Assembly (NCBI GenBank): GCA_964016885.1
Contig: OZ024745.1
Location: 112,902,001 to 112,966,000, forward strand
DNA: 64,000 nucleotides
Direction: 5' to 3'
Source: Eledone cirrhosa
Lineage: Eukaryota
A program made the translations under genes and the position numbers. Every line of letters begins with the position of its first letter. The stretch's first letter is position 1. Under the pieces are notes generated by a model that was not told where the DNA came from, did no database searches, and saw only the letters and a program-made list of their open reading frames with translations. This document shows positions 54,997 through 64,000 of this stretch, in pieces.

Positions 54997-55620
54997 TGCT
55001 CCAATCATTCCACAACCACTCAGCAAACACCATAAACCGAACGCCAGCTGCACTCATGACTCAACTCCTGTCAAACCAAACCATATTTACCATCTTCCCA
55101 ATCTCGGCAGAGTTAACTGGACAGCAACATCCAACAAATGTGAAAGGCAGACGTTATCAAGCTGTAGCTGTTATATTACGTAGTTTCTATATAAGAAAGC
55201 CAAAGCTATTATTATCTGCAGCGATTACGGCTCTATTACGTAATAGGCTGTGCTCCACCTCCTCCCGTTGTCTCGCGACTTTAAACTTTCCAAATGTCTA
55301 TCTCGATGACGTGGTGCTGCGCATCGTGAAGTCTAGTTCGTACAACACAACATAAAAACAAACAACAAAAAAATAATAATCAAGCCATTAAAGAAATAAG
55401 CGAAACGAATCACATTTTATCATTTCTAAGTCTAATCGATTGAGGTGAATATAATTCGCTTATGAGGTTCAATAAAATTGGAACACGTCCATTGCCTTCA
55501 CCAGTTTGCTTTATAAACATTATTCACCCCTACCCTGCAGACTCTTTAGTTTTTACGAAACTAGGTTTGTTGAAATCTTACTTGCTTTTTAAAAATATAA
55601 ATTCCCTATTTAAATTACTC

Positions 55621-55701
<81 letters not shown>

Positions 55702-55715
55702 GTCTGGTAATTGCG

Positions 55716-55849
55716 AGGATAATTTCAGTCTATCCAAATTTGTTTTAGCTCACTATATGACATAAGGTAGATACTTACATATGTCATATAGTGAGTTAAA
55801 ACAATATTGGATAGACTGAAATTATCCTATGTAAGTATCTACCCTATGT
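55716..55849. repeat. Interleaved inverted repeats (X Y X' Y')
   Basis: 55716-55764 pairs with 55780-55828; 55760-55780 pairs with 55829-55849. Confidence 0.85.
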
Positions 55850-56818
55850 TTATTTAGCATGCTGAATGCTCCTCGGAAATAATTTCCCTCAGCCACATTC
55901 TTCTTATTCTGTATGTTTACTAAACATAGAGTCTACTTTCTACTTTAGCAATTAATAAAACACTCAGAGATGAAATAAAACAGCGACATTCCTCGAGATT
56001 TTGGGAGACACCTGATAGTAAACTAAAAGAAAGGTGGCCTCTATTTTGTCAGCAGCACTGTATTTTCATCCCAAGCTACACATATGGTTCTCACTGGTTT
56101 ATATGTATAATTCCTCACTGTCAGTAGTAACCGCATTATGGAATTATTGGCGAGCGTTACGCCGACTAGCTGTAAGTGACTAAGTTAATTTCATCAGAAG
56201 AACGACGCCTAGCTCGCTACTCATTCTAACACTATCACTTGTTCCTTGGACCTTTAGTGAAATGTACTCTCTTACAAACATTCAAGCCAGATCCTTGATT
56301 CTCTCCGCCTCTTCGTAATTTCCTACAGATATTTACATACAGATTTCCACTGGTCCTTAATTCTCTCCACCTCTTCTTCATAGTTTCATACAGATATTTA
56401 CCTACAGATTTCAGGTCGGGTATCAGCTAGCTATCAATTCCATCACTCCAGGGGACCTTTAAAAGTCGTACACACAGAACCTCCTCCTTTGATTAATACA
56501 TATATATTTTTTTAAATCAGTCCGTTCCGTATTTGGATAACGAGAAATAAGCACCGTCCCTACAGATCTTTGTGATTCTCATTAAAGGATTAACTTACAT
56601 GATTTAAGCCAATTCATTGCAGGAAAGCAATCAATTAAACACGAAGCATGGTTGCAATTAGATATCATAATTATAACTTCTGTGAAAAAGAAAAGTAGTC
56701 TACAATGGAAAGCCATCTTCCATCGGTATTACGATAAAATATGATATGATGACGTTAACGACAACGACGACGATGATAATGATAATGATAGTGATGATAA
56801 TGATGATAATGATGGTGG

Positions 56819-56863
<45 letters not shown>

Positions 56864-56969
56864 GGTTGATGATGGTGGTGGTGGTGACGTTGGAGATGAT
56901 GTTGAACGTTTTATGAAGCTATTGAATGTGTTGTTCTCAGTATCTAACAAAGAATTATCCTCGTCGTCG

Positions 56970-57021
<52 letters not shown>

Positions 57022-57053
57022 TACCACCGCCACCATCATCATCACGATAATTA

Positions 57054-57240
57054 TTGGCAGTATCGCTAGAGGTAGCATAGAGTTATGGTCCTTTACGGCC
57101 TGAGTTCAAATCCCACCGAGGTTAACTTTGTCTTTCATCCTTACGGGGTCGATAAAATAAAAGTACCAGTAATGCACTGGGGTCGATTTAATCGACCCCC
57201 TTCAAATTGCTGGCCTTGTGCCTAAAGTAGATGCAATTAT
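57054..57240 (+). mobile_element. SINE family 1 copy
   Basis: B box GAGTTCAAATCC and central domain present. Confidence 0.85.
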
Positions 57241-57468
57241 TACTACCTTTGTTGTTCAGTCTGTCTTTCAAAACGTGGTTTACATCGCTCGAGTAAATTT
57301 GCTCTATTTTCCAGTTATTCAACCTTTTTCATTGAAATTTTGTTATTGTTTTGAAGTTAAGCGAGCCAGTATCTTAGTAGGTTGGTTTGTTTAACTCTAC
57401 TTGAAGCCCTTGTGGGCTAAATCTGTGTTTGTTTTCAAACACGCCCCTCAAATTCTGCGAAAATTAAG

Positions 57469-58155
57469 ATGGCGGACAAAGATGTTACGTCCACTAAACC
57501 CAATGGTGTTCTGTCCATAGAGTGGAACAGACAAAATTCTGAAAAGAATAACAGCAGCAGCAGCAGCAGCAGCAAGCAAAACTTATCTTCTGAAAACAAA
57601 ACGGACTTTACAGCTCTGCTAATGTTTACCACGGTCAAAGCCCCTGCCCCCACCACAACGACGGCAGGCATGGTCAACACTACTGGCAACACCATCACTG
57701 CCACTGAAAGAACGGAAAAGAAAAACAAAATTAAAACGAACACAGACGACAGCGACAACACAAATAATAACATGAGCAACAATAACACCAAGACCAACAA
57801 CAACACCAACAGCAACTGCAAGAACAAGGAAAACGAAAGTGAGAACAACAATGACAACATCACCACCAACAACAACGACAACAACAACAACGTGAAAAAA
57901 GACAGCACTAACAGCAGCAACAACAACATGAACAACAACAACAACAACAACAAGAGCACATTCGCTGCTGCGGCAGCGAAAAAAAGGTCATGTTTTCATA
58001 TGGACATAACTGATAAAGACCAATGTTTGGCCCAGACATGGGAGCTAATCAAACGTGAAAAGACTTGGGCCAACCTAACCTTTCCGGCCGAGGCATGGGA
58101 GGCAGTGGAGCGTAGCACAATTGTATACAGATGCATATTGTGTGATCCCATATAA
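57469..58155 (+). mobile_element. Probable LINE ORF1 N-terminal fragment (Asn/Thr-rich)
   Basis: Starts in AAGATGGCGG; low-complexity N/T tract then STFAAAAAKKR, similar to L1/Tx1 ORF1 starts; abuts LINE ORF2 remnants. Confidence 0.45.
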
Positions 58156-58194
58156 TATATATGTCAATTTTGTACACATCCATTTTGTAAATTC

Positions 58195-59010
58195 CTCTCT
58201 TTACTTTATCAATATTTAGAACCTGCTATATTAAGCTTTCTGTTTCCCTTTTCAGGTTTCCTTTTCTTAGCTAGTTCCATGGCTCACTCAATCTTTTATT
58301 TTTCGAGTCTCTTTCAAACTATACACCGTATTGCCTCTAAATTCTTTTGGTTTTTCACTTTACACCTTTGTTTTGTAGTTTTCCTTGCTTTCTATATTAT
58401 ATTTTAATAGCCTTTCTTCTCGTGCTACGGTTTCCAACAATGTCATCACTATTTGCCAAGTAGTAGTTTAAACTTCTTGCTTCTGATCTGCTGCATTTCT
58501 CAACCCCAATAACGCCCCTTCCTTCAATTTTTTCTTCCAATGTAAAATCCTAAAGCGCCTGACTTTGGTTACCTCTACCTGTATATTCTTCCAATTCAAC
58601 AACCCGGTTGCCACAGAGGGGCATTGTTGGATTGTCATTGAATCAATGCAGCTAAACCAGTTTTCACTTGCGTGCTCATCTTCACTTGTTCAATAGAGAC
58701 GCTCAATTATTTTTAGATATTAATCCAGGGGTCCCATTGGTAGGGCCGCTTCGACTTTGCATATAGCATCTTCTTTGTCATCATTGTGTTTAGACAATGA
58801 CCACCATGACCAATATATTTTAGGTATTGTCTTCTGTTCACATTTCTCAGACTTGTATTTTATGTACAGTATATCTCTGTTGGTATTTCGGAGTCCAAAT
58901 TCTATCTCGTTTACATCTTCAGGGGTTGGAAGCCTACTCTGACCCCCATTAACCATTTGACTCAACAACTCCATTAAACAAGTCTCCAATTTCCTGACAT
59001 ATTCTTTATT
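58195..59010 (-). mobile_element. Decayed LINE ORF2 C-terminal region (L1/Tx1-like)
   Basis: LYIKYK...YWSWW...AALP followed by a degenerate Cys/His segment; many stops. Confidence 0.45.
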
Positions 59011-59016
59011 TATATA

Positions 59017-60440
59017 CTAGGCTGGTATTCCATATAAGCGGCGGGATCGAACACATAACCCCATTAGCATTGTTTTTATTTTCATGTTAACCTTCTGGTC
59101 CGTGAACACTTGTCTAATTTCATTGAACTTCCCAATTACTTTAGATACATGAAGGTCTGTAAAACTGCCTTGTTCTTTATTGATAAAGGTCTGACAATAT
59201 ATGTGAACTCCGATACATTCTTCACCATTTTCCCCCGATTGAAAACAATGTAGGAAAGTTGGTAAGTTCGTCATTGTTGGGCCTTTGTCTTTGAAAAGGA
59301 GATTGTGAGACTAAAACGGGAACATGTATCATTTAGTATATTCATGATCCTTTTCACTTCAGATACACTTTTATAGAACAGAATGAGGTCATCAACATAG
59401 AGAAATCATCTGAATGCCTGTACACCATTCAGTCTGCCGCGTTTCCGATATTCTCTCTTTGTGCAGAAATGTGGGATATTAAATTCGAACTCGATACCTC
59501 AGCCACCTGGAAAGTGTTTATCAATCTCACATGCAGCCAGCTTCAAAACATAATCAAAATAGTAATTAAATATGCGTGGTGACTCTTGAGATTCTTCTCT
59601 GTTGCCGACCGATACTTCGAACCTGTCATTCATTCCCAGAATTGACGCTGTGGTTCCTTGCTAACTATTATATAAGATGGCAATCACCTTTTCTTAAGCC
59701 TAAAACTTTGAAAAGGAAATTCCTAGGAATATGATCGTATGCAACGGTTAGATCAATATACAAAGTGATTAAAGTATTATTTTATTGGTCGATAACAAAC
59801 CTTAGAACAAATATTACATCAGTTGTTGAGCGATTCCTTTTAAAACCACATTGGGAATAATCTCTGTTTCGTAAGCCTCTTTTAGTGGTATCATGACAAT
59901 TTTCGCCAGTATCTGACTCATGTTAGTTTCAATTGATAATCCACAGTAATTCCTTCTAATATTTAACGGGTTTTACATTTGCAAACATGTTATGCTGGCA
60001 TGTAGCCATGCGGTTGGTAGTCACAAATGACCAGATCAAATTAAATAGCATGAGCAGCACATAAATGTTTTGTTGATTTGAATTATATTTCAAGCTTTCA
60101 ATTTCAGCTTGAATAACTTCAAGACATGCTTCATCTCTTATACTATTGATAGATCTTCATTCACTGTAACTTTAATATCCTTTAAGTGTAGGAAATTCTC
60201 TGATTGCGCTATTTCTGGTGGCATTTCAAGCTGCGGTATACGCGCGGCAAAGTTTTTTTAAAATATTCACTTAGTTTATCATTTGAGATGGATAGTTTGG
60301 AAGGTTTTTTAATTGTGATATGTTTCTTTGCCATTGCGAACTATTTCTCCATTTCTCTCGCCATAGCTGCAAAGTTGATGTTTTCAGCAAGTTCAGAGTA
60401 GTAGCTACTTTTCAGTTATTTTGATCTTTTAATTTTGTCC
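59017..60440 (-). mobile_element. Decayed non-LTR reverse transcriptase (RTE-like)
   Basis: QCGFKRNRSTTDVIF (~59810-59855), YIDLTVAYDHIPR (~59725-59762), LYVDDLIL (~59380-59405), SRRLYG. Confidence 0.8.
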
Positions 60441-60441
60441 T

Positions 60442-60527
<86 letters not shown>

Positions 60528-60659
60528 CTATTTGTTTATTAATAAGTGTGTTAAAGTTATTTTGTTGCATGCGTACGGTATCTAAGTGAGTGTGAATATG
60601 TCAGAGTGGGCACATGGGTGAGAGAGGGTTGCAGGGAAGGGCAGATCAGAGGAAGAGGG

Positions 60660-60970
60660 GTGGTGCATTAAAGCCATGGGAGTGGAGGTATTTAGTAAAA
60701 AACAAGAAGTCTCTGTTGACTCTGACGGCGCGTGTCTGGAGGTCCGGTGCAGGAAAAGGGCCCAAACACAGTGAACTGACGTGTAGAATAACCGGCAGAG
60801 TGGAAGTGGGCCACCGAGGACGAGTTGCCGACACGGATGTCCTGCAGATGTTCAGCGAATCTGTCAGCCAGTCAATAGCCAGTTTGACCAACGTAAATAG
60901 CCCCACATAGCATGTATCGGAACCCATAGACGAGGCTAGTTGAAGTGCAACAAAAAGAGTCCCTAACATG
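60660..60970 (-). mobile_element. Penelope-like element GIY-YIG endonuclease fragment
   Basis: FCCTSTSLVYGFRYMLCGAIYVGQTGY*LADRFAEHLQDIRVGNSSSVAHFHS...RRQSQQRL: VY...YVGQT...R..EH motifs. Confidence 0.85.
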
Positions 60971-62399
60971 AAATACGTATATATTTGTGTGTTTGCATCT
61001 GTGCGCCTTTATACACACACATGCACTCACACGTGTTCCAGCACACTTATTTCTCTTTAAACTTGCTTATTTTCAAGTTTATTCAACCAACATACATTAG
61101 TTACTTCCTTTTCATGTCTAACACAAGGGAAGTAACTTATAAAATATATTTTCAAATTCCCTCCCTTGTTATGTATAACTCCTTTTGCTTAATTCTAAGT
61201 CATCTATCATCAACCAATACTTATTGTTAAGCAGTTTCTATTCATGAGCATATCGTTTTCCTTTCAGACGTCAAATTGTTATTTGAGTTTCTATTGCTAT
61301 TTCTTGTACATCTAGTGGTCATGTACACGTTTCCACGTTGGCTCATAGAGGTGCCCACACTTTACTGTATTGGTGGTGGAGCGCTAACAAATAATTGGTG
61401 GTGCTGATATTGTTTAAATACAGGAGAGCTCTGATTTAGCAGCATTTTGACAAACGCCATTTCAGCAGAGGCAACTAGGAAACTATATTAAATCATATGT
61501 ATCTTGAAGAGGATCTGGCTGCTGTTTCTAGCATATCGTTTGCTCTACTTGCAAAATATTCGTTAGATTTTTAATTTATAAAATCTTTCTTTTCTTGTTC
61601 TAATGCATGTCTTCTCTGACATTACCAGCCACACCTATCTGTTGATATGTCAATCAAATGGCCATCCTTTATTTTCACTGTAGCGAGATATTGATTTATA
61701 TAATTGGTAGAAATTCATATACTATTGTAGGCGACAAATAGGCAGTCGTCAGAACGTCGGATAGTGTGCATTGTGGTATTGATTCCGGCTCTCTGAGTTC
61801 AAATCCCGAGGTCAACTTTGCATTTTATCCCTGCAAGATCGATAAAAAAGATTTATCTGGCAGAAATCTGTTGTGTTCAAACTTAGAATGCCCTAGAAAT
61901 GTAGTACACCACTGCGGCGCCCCTACAACACCATCAGGAATTATATGCATGCATATATCATTAGGGTTGACACAGTTGATTAAATCGACTAGAGCACATA
62001 ATCCTTAATTATTTTATCGACCATGGAAGAATGAAAAGCAAGGTCTATCCCCGTGGGATGTAATTTCAGAACGTGAAGGGATTTTAAAAAATGCTACAAA
62101 ACGTTTTTCTCGCCTCTCCACAATTTAGAATACTGCAAAGAATTTTGTTTGACGCTCTACCAATTCTGTCATCCACAACCATCAAACGAAGACTAGTCCA
62201 GTACTTTCTCCAAATAAACCGCCAAAATATGAATAAAATATTGATTTACCGATAAAAGAATTTAGATTCACAGGTCAGAAGTAATAAAACGTTATGATAT
62301 CCGAAGTGAAGAAAGTATGATTTGTCACCAGAAAATGAGATCAATTCGGGATTCACCTAATTGGTAATTGTAATTAACAGCGCTTATCAAACAGTGCTC

Positions 62400-62638
62400 A
62401 TCATTGGCATAAACATGTCCCAAGTCTAGAATACAATGAACAAAATGTAAAATATATGGAAGCTCTTCAGAACATCTGAGTCAGTGTTGTTGTATAATTT
62501 AGGTACATGAACTCTGACACAAGCACTTTAGAAGAAACTAGATGGTGCATACTCTAAAATGCTTAGGTTTGTACATAACATAAACTGGCGTCAACGTATT
62601 ACAAACGGAAGTTTATAAGGAAACTTGCCCAAGATACC
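62400..62638 (+). mobile_element. RTE-clade LINE C-terminal fragment
   Basis: ESVLLYNLGT*TLTQAL*KKLDGAYSKMLRFVHNINWRQRITN. Confidence 0.8.
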
Positions 62639-63482
62639 AACTTGGTGAGCAGGGCATGTTGAGCTTCCAGTAACCAGGTCCTAACGCATGAGTTCTATCT
62701 AGATCGACCAACTTCGCTATTGTTTATGTCCAGGACCACCAACTTACCGTCCGTGCCGAGGAAGACCATCCTTACCTCGAGGCTTAGGCCGTTCTTAAAC
62801 AGCACTACCACTCCCCCTCCCATTGTTGGCCAACTAAGAGATGCAAATATCTGATAGTCGTCGAAAATGGGGGAGGGAGGGGGGGGCTTGTGCGATTGTG
62901 TCGGAAATCCAAGTCTTGCTGACGACAGTGACATCCATATCTAGTGACCTGAAGTCGCTGAGCAGGTGACCCTGCTTCTATGACGATCCTAAGCTACGAA
63001 CATTAAAACATCCTACTCTTAAGATGGCCATGCTGTTTGGTTAAACAAGAGATAAAAGGTTTATTTACATCCTGGGCGACTGTGGGGATCGGGTGGTTCC
63101 ACCTATATGTTTGGCAGCAAACGGACCTTTTGATCATTGGCACGCATCCATTCCACGAAAAGCGAAAGAATAAATTCTCCAGTGCGGTCAGAGATAGACT
63201 AGGACAAAGCACGACGATCAGACGTTAGTATTGGACGTGTTCGCCATCTCTGCCCGACCTTTCAGAGACGGCTTCCTCTCAACCCATTTCTAGGTGAGAG
63301 TGCCTCCACCCCACCATCACTGCTCATTATTTCATCCCAAATTTTGTCAATTTGGAGGTCAGGACCAAATCAGACACTGAGCGATTTAACTGACCCATCC
63401 GTCCTGCACTCGGTGACGTTGTTGGACGGTATGGACTTGCCTCTCTAGATGCCGAGCCGCAGGCACATCGACATTTCCTGGT
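62635..63482 (-). mobile_element. Tx1-like LINE fragments (post-RT part ~63075-63482; APE part ~62635-63000)
   Basis: FGPDLQ, SLKGRAEMAN, VVLCP as in 42243-42980; GGGVVVLF..DGKLVVLD and GPGYWKLN. Confidence 0.85.
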
Positions 63483-64000
63483 TAAGTAATAATAGTTTTT
63501 TTATTGACCACAATACCCAGAGAAGTTGGGGATAGCAAAAAAGATGGAAAACAAACCCAGGAAAGATTTAACAGTAGTTAAATTCTTTAGGAATTCGGGG
63601 AACTGTTTCTGTTTTAATTATTTGTTGTGTTATATGTGTCTCTTCAACTCACTGTTGTGTTTCTAGCTGTCTCATGTGATTATTGCTGCAGTATTTTCTG
63701 TAGTTGTTTTTATTGTTTTTTTTTTGTATATTTGGCTTACAGGTTTATTTTTTTTTTTTTTTTATGATGTTCGTAGTAGAAGTGTGTGTGGTTAAATAAC
63801 TCTACCACACGGTTGCACCTCATGGCTTTGTTTTGTGTAGCTTCTTTTTACCTATCTTGTAGCAGGTCTTTCACTTCGAACTGGTCTCAGAATCAGAGAT
63901 GTCTGGTTTTGTTACTGTGGGTTGTAACTTTAATGTTTTAGTCAGTCTAATACTTATTTCAGTTTGGTGCATATATTAACAAATTGCTAACTTATGATTT

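Noticed and set aside
55080-55330. RTE-like QQHPTN remnant
   Set aside because: Too degenerate to call without a search.

Overview
AT-rich, microsatellite-dense eukaryotic DNA. The tRNA-derived SINE families suggest a cephalopod, probably Octopus (inference). The only host coding sequence I can support is one minus-strand exon of a calcyphosin-like EF-hand gene (4872-5258). The rest is repeats: tRNA-SINEs, a decayed DD37D (maT) transposon, mariner/hAT/piggyBac MITEs, a Helitron, fragments of Tx1/L1, RTE, CRE-like and Penelope (GIY-YIG) retroelements, and several minisatellites. Nearly all ORFs in the supplied track are microsatellite artefacts. The main hidden signal is a set of small non-coding elements inserted in (TA)n tracts, with fold-back or direct terminal repeats, carrying about 20 complete or partial hammerhead-ribozyme motifs. 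Five of these, in three divergent sequence types, have the hammerhead core strands in a non-circularly permuted, pseudoknotted order with extensive compensatory base changes. Two lie in tandem 521 nt apart, like a retrozyme. Other copies carry recurrent core variants (CCGAAGA, CAGAAGA, pyrimidine-U mismatch closing stem II). All RNA structures were folded by eye and are untested.
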